From positions 1-41,416 of the forward strand of contig NKIB01014686.1 in NCBI GenBank assembly GCA_002256025.1: DNA of 41,416 nucleotides. The letters run 5' to 3'. How positions within the stretch are numbered: position 1 is the first letter of the stretch; the number at the start of each line of letters is the position of its first letter. Positions 21,544 to 33,760 of this stretch are shown one piece after another. Below the pieces are notes generated by a model. It did no database searches. It saw nothing but the letters and a program-made list of their open reading frames with translations, and had not been told where the DNA came from. The stretch is from Asterionella formosa (lineage: Eukaryota). Made by a program: the position numbers and the translations under genes.

Positions 21544-23337
21544 CTACTTTTTTGCTCGATAGAAGTTCAAGTACGACATGTGCCAATCCCCTCCTCCCTT
21601 TAGCTTCAAAACATCTTCCGTCTTGCATGGACTGACTTCGTCATCATCAAAGACGAACCAATCTTCATTGGCTTCGTCTGTGTCACCAATCTTGGCCATG
21701 TCGTTGCCTTGAGTCTCTGCCTTGACCCATCCCATGTAATGGCCACCATCAGCATCACGTCCTTTGTGAGTTACCACGGCAAAGAGTTCATAGATGCCCT
21801 GAAAGTCAACAGGTAAACCTGGCCCGACAGGAGGTTCGTGGACTTCTTCTGGTTCCATGGACATGGCTAAAGCAGCTTGAAGGGCGGCTGCTTCCTCGTC
21901 ATCTTCCGCCGCATCGTCCATGCTAACATCTCCATCCACAGCAGCTGCTGGTTTTTTATCACCGTCCTCGTTATCTTGACCTAAAAGCTTCTTATTGATT
22001 CTGTCTTCCTCTGCAGCAAGGGCCTTGTCTCGGCTCTTTTTGAGAATGGCTTGAATTTCTGTATTGCAAAACTCAAATGTATCCAAGATGGAGTTGAATG
22101 CTACTGGCTTCATGACCTTGCATTTGACTCCAGCATGATCTTGTGAATCCGGTGTGGTCTTCCAGTAAAAGCGTCCAAACTGCACCACCAAAAAGGGAGG
22201 CAATCTAGAAATTCTTTGCTTGCGAGACCATACAGCATCTCGGCCCAGCACGTCTGATCGCTTTTCGATTTTTCCTTCCAAGGAAAGGTGAATGCCTTCA
22301 GCAATGTGGTTTACGTTGACGTTTGTATTCCCGTCGGATCCACCTTGAATATTGCAAACGAGTTTTCTATGTAAATCGAATGACTTGACCGGTTGTTCTG
22401 TCACGACATTGTCATCGTCCATGGCAGTATTATCGAACTCATCACAAGTTAAGGTCTCTTCCATTTGCAAGCCAAAGACTGCATCAACCAAATTGGTAGC
22501 TCCCTTTAAATCTTCGTCGCCATTTCGAAGGGTCAATCCTTGTCTAATCTTGTCCTTCCCCATCATTTCTGCTGATGCCAGCGTTAATACTCCCGACAAG
22601 AATTCCTCTGCATCTTGTTGCATTGGTTGTCCCTGCGGTCCCAGTTGAGCAAATTGTGGAAATGCCGCCTGGGTCACCATCACAAACTTGTAGGGCGGGA
22701 CAGGTTCGGGTGTTCGCTTCATCACCTCGTACAAATCCCTCAGCTCTGTAACGAAGTTTGATGCCTGTGTACGTGGGAGTCTATGGATGTACTCAGCGAG
22801 ACCTGATCGGAACGGCTTGACGGCCCGGAGACACTGGATGACACTATTGAGATAGCAGGTATTGCCGATGTTGACGAGACCGCACGGCGCAACAACTTGA
22901 GCAATTTGCTCCGGCGGCATGTCTTCCAAAAAAACAGTCTTGGTGGCGGGTCCGGTGAGCTTGGCAGCAGAGCCCATGAGGAGCACTTGGATGTCGCCTT
23001 TGGATTTGGAGAGCGTTGATGGCCAGTCAATCGAGCTGAGGTCGAAGTCGTCTTTCAGCACTCCCTTCCACAGGCCTGTTTGTTTTGGTGGTTCGTCGGT
23101 TGAGGAAGGACAGCGAATCAGTGATTATGGGAACATGGAACAATGAGCATGCTCAAGTGAATGTATTGTAGTTGACACACCTTTACTCTTGGCCATTAGC
23201 TTCATGCGTTCTGCTGGAACACCGGTCTTCTCTTCCAACTCGGCCTTCAATCCTCTGACGCCACTGGCGAGTACAAAGGAAATGACTAGGCTTTCTTTGC
23301 CCCATTTGACTGTGATTGCGATGCTGTCGGTGCTCAT
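21544..23337 (-). CDS. USP14: proteasome-associated deubiquitinase USP14/Ubp6; exons 23337-23181 and 23075-21544
   Basis: N-terminal UBL (ITVKWGKE...TGVPAERMKLM), Cys box GLVNIGNTCYLNS, QQDAEE, His box HKGRDADGGHYMGW and C-terminal LKGGGDWHMSY. Intron 23076-23180 (GTGTGT...AACAG). Confidence 0.95.
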
Positions 23338-23816
23338 GGTGGATGCTGTTTTGATATCAGCAGCAGACTATGTACGATCTGATGCAAAGGATGGAAGATC
23401 AGGTATGTTATGGGGGCGACGGAGGAATGATGTGTGTGAGTGTTTTTCAAATCGTTACACATCATAACGTGTGCATAAAACGAGAAGAATTCGTCGGTGC
23501 AGCCACACATTTCCCTGATAAATACATACCGGTACAGTTACCCGGTATTTCAAACATCATTAATACGGCATGTTATTGTTATTTCATATTCTTTTATGAA
23601 TTGTGTATTCAAAATACCAGGTACATACCGGTACCGGTATCATGCTGCATTTCAATGGAGGATTTCATTATAAATCAGCCTACCGGTACCAGTGCCGGGC
23701 GGTACATGGGAGGGGAGGAATGTTAATCACGCCAATGAAAGCTACGTCAAGTTGATACCATAAGCAGTGGGAGTACAAATTTTACAACAGCCGCGAACGA
23801 AACAACAAGACACACC

Positions 23817-24876
23817 ATGTCGGCGATAGCACGCCAACAAAAGACCAAAGGCGAGCAGTTTTGCAACGAAGCCGATGCGAAATTGTCCAAGGGTGGTTGG
23901 TTCACCAACAAGGAAAAGAAGTTCGAAGACGCTGCTGAACTATTCGACAAGGCCGGCAATGCCTACAAGGTCGGCGGCTTTTATTTTGAAGGAGGAGAAG
24001 CATATCAAAAGGCGGCGAGGATCTATCAGAAGGACCTTTCCAACTCATTCGAGGCTAGCAAGGCTCTTCAGAGTGCAGGTAAGTCTGCCTGGAAACTCAC
24101 AACTGTTGGATACTGCGGCCATACATTTTATTAGTTACACCATCCGCAACAGTCGTAATCTGACACGTTTCATTTCCATAAAATTCTCTCCTCTGTTCCC
24201 AGCATCCTGCTTCAAGAAAGCATCTCCCAAAGACGCCGTAGAATGCTACAACGAAGCCATTATGATCTTGACCGACGCCGGCCGCGTCATGACTGCTGCC
24301 AAACTATCCAAGGAATGCGCGGAACTATACGAATCAGAACAAATTGATTTGGAGGAAAAGTCGAGCATCGTTTTGGCCATTGAAACTTACGAACAAGCCG
24401 CGGAACTTTTCCTGGCGGAAGATGCGAAGGCAATGCAGTCGCAGTGCTTGGCCAAGGTGGCGGAATTGTGTTCGGCTGCCTTGAATCCACCGGATTTGAT
24501 GCGCGCACAGCAAGTCTATGATGATCTCGGTCGCAGGTGTTTGGACTCCAATTTACTCAAATTCAATGCCAAGGGATACTTTCTACAGGCGCTCATGTGT
24601 TCGTTGGCAAATAATGATTCGATTGCTGCCTCGCAAAGCATGCAGCGATACGAATCCTTGGATTATACCTTTGGGGACTCGCGGGAGGGAAAGTTTGCGA
24701 AAGCCTTGATCACCAGTGTAGAAGGATTTGACGAGGAAGGATTTGCGACTGCGTGCTTCGAGTATGATAGGGTGTCCAAGTTGGATCCATGGAAGACAAG
24801 TATTCTGGTTAAGGTGAAACGCATTTTGGCAGATGACGGCGGTGATGTGGAGGACGATGATTTAGATTTGACGTAG
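23817..24876 (+). CDS. NAPA: alpha-soluble NSF attachment protein (alpha-SNAP/Sec17); exons 23817-24078 and 24203-24876
   Basis: Motifs KFEDAAELFDKAGNAYK, LLKFNAKGYF, FGDSRE, EYDRVSKLDPWKT and an acidic DLT terminus. Intron 24079-24202 (GTAAGT...CCCAG). Confidence 0.95.
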
Positions 24877-25200
24877 TGTATTCGAACGCCCAGTACGAAA
24901 ATGGCGAGATGCCATCACTAAGAGATGATAGTGTAAGTGTATCAATGAAGTATGACAATTACCGGTTGCTGCACTACATAGTGATTTGGTGGCTCGTACA
25001 ATAATACGATCCATGAATACTACACATTCTTGTTCGGTAGAAGGAAAGAACATGAATATTTACAGTAGATATTAGGATGATGAGAGTAGCCCCAACATCT
25101 ATTTTAGGGGCGCAGCAAAGGGCCAGGTAATAAACAATGATGATGGTAATACCGAACCAACCACTTTGCGTATGATTTGCGTTGACAAAGAACCAAAATA

Positions 25201-26709
25201 CTAGTCTCGTTGGGCGCTTCCAATCAATGTTGGTTCCGGCCAGTAGTAGCCATCATTACATAGTTTCTTCATGTCTTGATTCGGTTCTCTGGGATGCAAA
25301 ATTAATTTCCAAACCAATGAATATCGAGGTCGCTTCCCCGCTGTAGCATGGGGGGCGGTGACCTTGTGAGTAATGTCTTGATCCATCAACACAATTCGTC
25401 CCGGTTTGGGGATAATGTCTACAGGGGTATCCGTGGCTACATCCAAGAATCGTGTCGGCGCACCCCACTCGTCCTTCCATTCGTCATTGAGATACACCAA
25501 ACAACTCATAAACCGTGGCTTCCCTGGTGCTCGATTGGGATATCGACCAAAGACGTCGGTCCAAAGAGATGGAGGAAGCTGCATTGGATCACCATCAATA
25601 TGATAGTTAAAGACATTTGAGTCTTCAGATGTGGGTGCGTTGGCGGTTAACGGAGACACAAATGACCCAAACACGGCTTCGGGGAGGCGAGTTACGATGA
25701 AATTGGATAATAACGATGTGACTATCATTTCAAAGTCTTGAATCGCATCATGATGTTGAAAACACAATTCGTCTATTGAATCTTCCGACAATCCAAAGGA
25801 ACGATCCAATTCTTCGTCCTCTTGAGTGGGTGTGTCCAGAAGACCTCCGCGAATCCATCGATTAGGATCAGGTCCATTGGTAACATCATCCCACTTTTCG
25901 ATTTTGTCGTCGGCCTCCTCCTCAGCTCCATTTACCACTTGTAATAATCTTGATCGTAACTCATTACTCACCATTCCATCAAAGACGAGAATCGAAGATG
26001 TGTCCCAAATCTCTTGCTGTTTTTCTTTATGATGTTTGCCACCCTTTTCGTCGCCATTTTCTTTTGGGATGGATATCATGGCCCCGTCCACTTCGATTTG
26101 AAATGTTGGAATTGGAATATCATGACGTCTTGCTGCTTGTGGCAACTGTACTTTTAATTCATACTCTTGAACTTGATGATCTATGATATGTGCCAGGGTC
26201 AATGTATTTCTGTCCTTTTGGTTGTTTTTGTTGGTATCAATGGATATCAAAATGGGTTGCTGAAGTGTAGTACTGTCTGCAAATTCGAATAGTATTTCGT
26301 CCAATTCTTGAGAAATGGAAATGGCTAAATCTGAAGCCTCCTCTTCAGTACTAGACTGTAAATTGAACAGTATGACCCTTCCCGTGGATCCAATCAACAA
26401 GGAGGACGAGTCAGGATGCAAAAGTTGTAAATTGTCAAGATCAAAGGATACCATTTGTTCTTGACATGAAAATGTCAATGCTTGTTGAATGGCACCAAGT
26501 TCTTCTGGAAGAATACCAGAACATGCGACAGCGACAAGTTTAGGAAGAGACCCAAACAACCGCAGATTTCTTTTGTTGTTGTTTGATGCTATGCTCTGAG
26601 TCAGAGTCCTTTGCATCCCATAGACCCAAGAATGGATGCAAGGGAACAGCAGTATTAAATACAGCGATGATAGTAGGTATTGCATGATGGACGTGTGGGA
26701 GCTGTACAT
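25201..26709 (-). CDS. 2OG-Fe(II) oxygenase (prolyl-4-hydroxylase-like) with N-terminal signal peptide
   Basis: HxD (YHIDGDP), LVYLNDEW...WGAPT, distal His (ITHKVTAP) and RYSLVWK. The start is either 26709 (MYSS) or 26685 (MQYL). Confidence 0.88.
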   Translation of the reverse strand: MYSSHTSIMQYLLSSLYLILLFPCIHSWVYGMQRTLTQSIASNNNKRNLRLFGSLPKLVAVACSGILPEELGAIQQALTFSCQEQMVSFDLDNLQLLHPDSSSLLIGSTGRVILFNLQSSTEEEASDLAISISQELDEILFEFADSTTLQQPILISIDTNKNNQKDRNTLTLAHIIDHQVQEYELKVQLPQAARRHDIPIPTFQIEVDGAMISIPKENGDEKGGKHHKEKQQEIWDTSSILVFDGMVSNELRSRLLQVVNGAEEEADDKIEKWDDVTNGPDPNRWIRGGLLDTPTQEDEELDRSFGLSEDSIDELCFQHHDAIQDFEMIVTSLLSNFIVTRLPEAVFGSFVSPLTANAPTSEDSNVFNYHIDGDPMQLPPSLWTDVFGRYPNRAPGKPRFMSCLVYLNDEWKDEWGAPTRFLDVATDTPVDIIPKPGRIVLMDQDITHKVTAPHATAGKRPRYSLVWKLILHPREPNQDMKKLCNDGYYWPEPTLIGSAQRD

Positions 26710-27764
26710 TGTCTCCGGTTGTATATAGAGAGTAAAATTTGGCAATCGTTGGAAGATGGGAGGATAGTAATGGAACAATGGACACTTTAGAACAAGGATC
26801 AATAAATGAGCATGTATATGTATGGCATTTTTTCCATACACAGGAGAATTATCAACTCAACCATCAGCCAACCGGCGAATGATAAAATGCTGTGATGAGA
26901 GAAAAATGAGTGGCAGACATTGTCAAGCAAGTCAGACTGCATCAGTTCCAGGGACTAACTACATATGTCATATATCCAGCCAAAATATGTTATATTACGT
27001 AACATGAATACGATTTGTGTGCACACATAATTCGTCCTATTCACACATATACAATTATTGATATAGTTTCAGGTACCAGGTACCTGGTACCTGTTTCTGT
27101 ATTAGCATTGCCAACATCCAACACTGCCTTAGTACCGGTAACAAACACCGTACGTACTAAACATACTAACTACAGTGCTGTTCAGAATAATTCTTTATTC
27201 GCCATACTAAGTGACATGCCAGGTAGACCTAACTTACCCAAAATGATAACAAAGCAAATTTGTGTTAGCCACACACACAGAGCAGCTGTTACACATACAT
27301 TGTGCATATAAATCTAACTATCTGAATATATACATATGCATATTTCTTGTTGCAAAATCAAATTTGTACTGGCAAGGCAGTCCAACTGTACTTGTAAAAG
27401 GGAACCTACTGGTGACTGGTACTGATTGAAAGTCCCGCATACTGAAATGTACGTAGCTTTGATTCCTCGATCCACTTTTGTTGGAACAACAGCAGTAAAA
27501 ATTCTCGTCTCTCACTTCACTCTCCCCCCTCTTTGGTGTATTGTTTTCTCGGTAAGCCTATCGGAAGTACTTATGTGTGCGGAGTTGCGTTACATTGCTA
27601 GTAGGTAGCATATTCAGCTGCGTTGATTTGATGAAACTCAGAAGGCAAATTGTATCTTTTTCCGATTGATTTCGGATGCCTAATTGCTCGTTCCTTTCAT
27701 TCAACGACCCATTCACTCACTCTCTATCTCATCAGCAAGCTACTTGCCACTTACCTAACTCATC

Positions 27765-28400
27765 ATGTCTGTCGAAATGGAAACATGCCCCGCCTCAGCT
27801 CCCTTTTTTGGTTTCATGGGAGTGACATCGGCTCTTGTCTTTGCCAACATTGGTGCTGCCTACGGCACTGCCAAGTCTGGGGTGGGCATCAGTTCCATGG
27901 GTGTGATGAACCCCGGTCTTGTCATGCGCAACATTATTCCTGTTGTCATGGCTGGTGTTTTGGGCATTTATGGTCTGATTGTGGCTGTGATCATTCAAGG
28001 ATCCATTGTTAGTCCACAGAATGGATTGTCCCAATACAGTCTCTACACAGGCTTTGCGCACTTGGCAGCAGGGTTGTGTTGCGGACTTTCGGGGCTTGCG
28101 GCAGGTATGGCCATTGGTATTGTGGGGGATGCAGGTGTCCGGGCTGTTGGACAACAGGAGAAGTTGTTTGTGGGAATGATTTTGATTCTGATTTTTGCCG
28201 AAGCTCTTGGATTGTATGGTGCGTTTTCCCTGTCGAAACATATCTCCTGAGAATGCTGGTTATGCATCCATGTATCCAAGCTAACACACAATCTCTCACT
28301 CTCTCTCTTAACATTTATATTTTAATTTCGTACATCCAAAGGTTTGATTGTGGCCTTGATCTTATCTCAAAACTCCTTCATTTGTGAAGGAAATAACTAA
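27765..28400 (+). CDS. ATP6V0C: V-type H+-ATPase 16-kDa proteolipid subunit c; exons 27765-28218 and 28342-28400
   Basis: Motifs [25 protein letters not shown] and [12 protein letters not shown]. Intron 28219-28341 (GTGCGT...AAAG) restores the conserved [10 protein letters not shown]. Confidence 0.97.
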
Positions 28401-28755
28401 GTAAAATGTCTTGACAATGATATGCCGCATCCATAATGTTACTTGAAAGTTTGATAATAAATGTTTGGTGCCAGCTAATTGTAGTTTACTGCACAGTTTA
28501 GTGGCACAGCAAACTATGGTGTCATTGCACTGAACTAGTCTACTGGTAGTTCAAAACAACGGTACAATGTTCTCGGCTTTCAGAATAGCAGTAATGCAAC
28601 AAATGGGATAAGCCAAATGAACAATTCAACTTCATTTTTCTATATGGTGATGCTGTGAGCAAGCAATGGATGTGCTCCTGCTTGGCAGCTGGCTGAAAGT
28701 TATGAGGAATTTCAGCATCACCTGCTACATAATTAGGATACCAGGATGGAGTACC

Positions 28756-28949
28756 TGATGAGCAATCCCACGCATAAAGACAGATGTATATAGAGTAAGA
28801 GATATATCATATATATCAGAACTCAATAATGAATGAACTCAACTAACACCTATTTTATACTTTGGTGTCAACTTAGAGTACAAGTTGCACACAGGGATTG
28901 ACTAAAAAGCTCAAATATTCAACAAATATACTACTTCTAGTTAGAAACT
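28756..28949 (+). repeat. 5' LTR of the Gypsy element
   Basis: Aligns to 32775-32962 at roughly 80-85% identity by manual estimate. Shared blocks include atatcagaactcaat, actaacacc, tatactttggtgtc and tactacttctagttaga. Confidence 0.88.
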
Positions 28950-29697
28950 TTACTTTGAATTCAAAAAGAGTCCAATTAGAATTAAAAATCATGTTGATGT
29001 ACTCTCCTCTCAAGTTCCAGTGGCACAATTGATGAAGGATAAGAAATACTAAACATCAAGATTCAGACCTCTTTGTGTATCCCTATCAGGTTGGTGTTTG
29101 GAGTCTTTCAATGAAGATATGATCAATGAACACTCAGTGGAAGCTTGTTGATTGATTTCAGTTTATCTTGTGATATGGCTAACACATTTTCCTTCAGTCC
29201 AGCAGATTACTTGCTTGTTCTCCTACTGCTACAAAAGATCATGATTCACAAATGTTGCTTTGTCTGACTGGATGAGCATTACAATACATCGAGATGCTAA
29301 GTCCCATGACAGTCTCAACAAAGTCATGGTGATGTGGCTGGAGGATAATCTTCTTCATGATATCTCGGATAGTCAGCATCAGTGGATGCCATGATAATAC
29401 TCAATAAAACATTTCAACATGTTGGTGATCGACTTCACTGCCTATCTCAATACCTTAAATAAACTCCTCAAACTAATGATGCCTCATTAAGAAGATCAGG
29501 AAGTCTTGGCCAAGGTTGATTTGAGATTAATTGACATTTACTTTATGCCCAGTGTGTGGCAGCAAGAGTTTGAATGGAAAAATGAAAAGAACACAAAACA
29601 AAAGATTCGTTTGGTTTTGACTTACTTCGAGAATCAACAATCATTCAAAGATAATCTCAAGCAAATCCTCAAGTATGAGTTCTACTATAGCACAACA

Positions 29698-29905
29698 TCG
29701 TCTTCGCATTGCTGAAGGCAATCGTGTTATGCCAAGAGAACGTGCGTGACTGGTGTCAATTTTCTAACACAAAATTCTATAAATAGTTGAAGTTGAAGAC
29801 ATTCCTGTGATGCATCAAGAAACCAAGCGTGACTAGTGTCAATTTTAACAAAAGATCGTCTTCGCATTGCTGAATGCAGTCGTGTGATACATCGAGAGAA
29901 CAACC
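29698..29905 (+). repeat. imperfect tandem repeats in the gag region of the Gypsy element
   Basis: tcgtcttcgcattgctgaa occurs twice, and gcgtgact(g/a)gtgtcaatttt occurs twice. Confidence 0.7.
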
Positions 29906-31134
29906 ATGTCAAGCATCAAATTGTACACGATAATTTTACACTAAGTGGTAATGGCAGGGCACATGACATGGAATAGTGAAACAACGGTCAAACAGCCATA
30001 AGGCCCATCAAGTTAATATTACTAACACTACTAACCCTGCTCCTGTTCATGTTCCTCTGGCATGGAAATTCTACACAGAGCGAATTATCATGATACTGAC
30101 ACAGCTAACCCCGTTCATGTTTTTCTTCTGTGCATGTTTTCTACAAATCTAAGGATCAACCCTATGATGATGTCTGGTTAGGGTACTGTGCCGAGGGCCA
30201 TACCTGCTGACTTTTATGAATCTGCCCAGGAAATTTTAGTGGTCATGAACCCTCATGTTGGGAAAGCTAGTCGCCTTTGTGCCTAAAACCCAGCAGAATG
30301 CTGAACAGATCACCTTAACCGAAATGTGCGACAATAGCAATGCTATGAATATTAAAATATGAATATATATATTTATTTATGATGGCACAATATTTCTTAT
30401 GTCAGTCATTACCTGAATAACATTTGTTATTTACAGGATAATTACAGGCTGGATATCGCCGCTATTTTAAAATACATAGGTGGATTCAACATATCATCAC
30501 ATACATCTCAATACATGACTCCAGTCTCATCTCTTTCTTTGCTGCCTATGAATGCAGCCATAAGCTTAATTGCATTTCATTCCCAGCATTTCATTAGCAA
30601 CCCCGGATTGGTGGCTATTGTGTATATAGAAGACATAAGATGAAAGTTATTTAATCGTGTTGGGTCCTGATCTTTTACCTATGGATGGATTGTACTTCAG
30701 GATATTTCATTGTTCGTCGAAGATTTATGATTAATATATACCATGCATAGCATGTATGATATATTCTTCCTTTGCCAGTACTCTTTCATAAAACATGATG
30801 CGCCCAAAATTTAATCCATCGGCTTGTATCCTGCAACACCAGAAGTACCTGGACTTAATATATTCTTCAAGTCTGCTTATTTCTCCAGCTGCTTAATTTA
30901 TGATGGATTTTGTACAAAATACCATGTCCTGTATGGTGGAAATATTAGTGTTTTCCGCATGTCAGCTAATGATACAGAACATTAACATAATGGGTTGTTA
31001 TATTTGATACACCTATCAAGGATTATCTTTACACATTGAACATTAAAGCTTCTAACTATAGTACAGATATTGACAGCTGCTGTTATGGCTGAAATAAATT
31101 TATTTAACCGAAAATCATAAAGCACAATTCCAAA

Positions 31135-32743
31135 TGAAATGGTCTGTTGAAGAAACTGACTCATTGGGATATCAATCAACTCCAACTCAACTCCAACTGA
31201 CCTCTTAAAAATATAAAAGGGGTTTATATGGAAATTGTTCATTTGTCTGGTTACCTATACATCAACAAGCTTTTGAATCAATGAAAGCATTGTTAGTTGC
31301 AGATACTCTCATGCATTATCCTGATCATAATTTTTCTTTCCATATTTTTACTGATGCTTCTGATTATTAATTATGGTCAGTCATTACGCAAAATGATCAA
31401 CCTGTCGCTTTTTATTCTCGCAAATTATCTGCTGCCCAGAAAAAGATTATATCATTATTGTAAAAGCATTGCTTTCTGTCCTAGAAACTTTCAAAGAATT
31501 TCGCTATATGCTATTGGATGCGGTTATACATCATGTTCACACTGATCATCATGATTTTATTTATAATACCCTACACACTCAACGTGTTCTTCGGTGGACT
31601 CTTTATATTGAAGAATTTCTTCTTATTTTTCACGATGTGAAGGGTACTGATAATGCTAGCTATTGCAGATTTCATCTCTCTCCTCCTGAAGCTTGAGTCT
31701 TCGGAGGGGGATGAAATTTTTCCGAAATTTTCAGGATCAATATCTCCTTCTACTTTCTCAATTGAATAAGATTATGACCCTCTGTTTACCTATTTCCTTA
31801 ATCATTCAGTTTTTCTCTCAATCAGCCAATTATTACCCTACATTAAATGCAAGAGTGGAACATATTGTAAGCATAGGTGAAGCATGTAAACGTACAAAAT
31901 TACCTGGTGCTGGTAGTGGTGAACTTCATCCCAGGAATGCATTGTTATTACCATGGTCAGAAGTTGCAGTAAATGTAATTGGTACATGGAAGATAACAGT
32001 GACTGCACAAGCGATTGAATTTCGTGCTCTAACTTGTGTTGACACAGTCACCAATTTGCCAGAAATTTCACGTATCAACAATAAAACATCAGAATATATT
32101 GCAATGAAATTTGAAAATGATTGGTTAGCCCAATATTCACGTCCAGAGCATTGTCTTCATGGCAATGGAGGTGAATTTACTGTTATTCCTTTTTGCGCAT
32201 GTTAGTGTTGAATGGAATTAAAGATGAGACTTCTACAATCAAGAATCCACAAGCTAATGCTATCTTTGAACGTTTACATCAATCTATCTGTAACAGTCTA
32301 CGGTTTATGTTAAGGGCTCATCCTCCTATTAATGAATTTCAAGTTCAAAATATTGTGGATACATGTTTTGCAGCAGTATCATATGCAGCTTGAGCTACCA
32401 TTCATACTAGTGCATTGTGTATTTCACCAGGATCATGGGTTTTTCAATGTGATATGTTATTAAATATTCCTTTAATTACAGATATACGATTAATGTATCA
32501 ATGTTGACAAGTGATAATTGAAATTTTTTATGTCATGCTAGATTCTGTCATCACTCTTGACATTACAAAGTGGATGATGAGATTTTAATCATATCGGATA
32601 ATCCTACAACTTAGATGACTGTGGATGAGATCCTTATTCTATTATTCAAGTACATGCCTATGGTGCAGTTTACTTATCAACAAACTATGCATATTACAGA
32701 ACGAATTAATATTCGTCGCATCAAACCTTTTCATACTACATAG
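31135..32743 (+). pseudogene. Gypsy pol pseudogene: RT C-terminal end, RNase H and integrase, with stops and frameshifts
   Basis: KWSVEETDSLGY (RT end); FHIFTDASDY*...PVAFYSRKLSAAQK...LETFKEFRYML...VHTDH (Ty3 RNase H); PWSEVAVNVIG...CVDTVTNLPE...HGNGGEF...NPQANAIFERLHQ (integrase with degenerate DDE). Confidence 0.9.
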
Positions 32744-32774
32744 AGGTAAAAGGTTTTCCCTTGGTGTGGGAGAG

Positions 32775-32962
32775 TGAGCGATCCCACATCAATACAGATC
32801 TATAGGGTTAGAGTTATATCTTAGATATCAGAACTCAATTATGAGAGAACTCGACTAACACCTGTTGTATACTTTGGTGTCGACTTATAGACCGAGTTGT
32901 ACGCAAAGATTAACTAATAAGCTGATATCTTCAACAAATACTACTACTTCTAGTTAGATACA
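32775..32962 (+). repeat. 3' LTR of the Gypsy element
   Basis: Direct repeat of 28759-28949. It follows the PPT and ends in CA. Confidence 0.88.
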
Positions 32963-33143
32963 TTACCTGGTACCAGACCAGGGTGGAGCACGTGGTGCTT
33001 CTCACCAAGTACCGGTACCGGTTCCAGGTACCCGGTACCTTGTACCTGTGACTGGGCTGAGGACTGATGAACAAGCAAAGCCACCAGGATCATCTGCGAA
33101 TTAATTAGCTCCCAGAAAGGTGTCGACGGCGCTCTCCCTCCTC

Positions 33144-33760
33144 ACTGCAGCCACATAAAAAGTTTTCTTTTAGATCTGTAGGTCAGGACTCTGAGCAACG
33201 ATTCTTTTTATACAAAACGCAAACGATCGCCGTACTCTGTTTCATCATTGATGATGATATCTTTGCAGTATAACTCATCTGCCTCGTGCGAAAGAAACTT
33301 GATGGGATTGTCGGATGATAATTGTTCGCAGCGACGACAATATTTCAAGGCAGCAGCAGTTTTGACTCTATCCTGAATTTTGTCATCACATTTTTAGGTG
33401 AGTTTTGATTGATTGAAATCTTTATCCAAAATGCAAGAACGCAGCGGCCCTAGAAGGCACATTATATTCCACGCCCTAGGTCCTCCATTTTTTATAATTA
33501 TTGCAAAAGTATAGTATTGGCATCTCGTTTGAACTGGTCCTGTGCCTCTCGCGACAGGAGTGGTATAAAGATATGCTACAAGTCATCGTGACTATGCCGT
33601 TATGTGTATACCTATATATGGAATATTTGAGACTCACCCGTTGAATCTCTCGCTTTCTCTCAAATTTATACTAGTACCACTGACATGGAGGAGAGGAATA
33701 CAAATACGTGGACACACCTACCCGGTACATGACTTGGCAATGAGAGGTTGTCCTGCTTTG
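33144..33760 (-). pseudogene. possible degenerate protein-coding fragment of unknown family
   Basis: A protein-like frame of more than 110 codons is broken by only two TAA stops (…LLGPLRSCILDKDFNQSKLT*KCDDKIQDRVK…ETEYGDRLRFV*KESLLRVLTYRSKRKLFMWLQ). Confidence 0.25.

Larger units (their letters stand above)
28756..32962 (+). mobile_element. decayed Ty3/Gypsy LTR retrotransposon
   Basis: Two ~190-bp direct LTRs, TG...CA termini, imperfect 5-bp TSD gtacc/ttacc and a purine tract GGGAGAG before the 3' LTR. The pol remnants are in RT-RNaseH-integrase order. Confidence 0.9.

Noticed and set aside
4780..26709. Biosynthetic cluster of ABC transporter, P450 and 2OG oxygenase
   Set aside because: The genes are many kb apart, interspersed with housekeeping genes, and there is no scaffold-forming enzyme.
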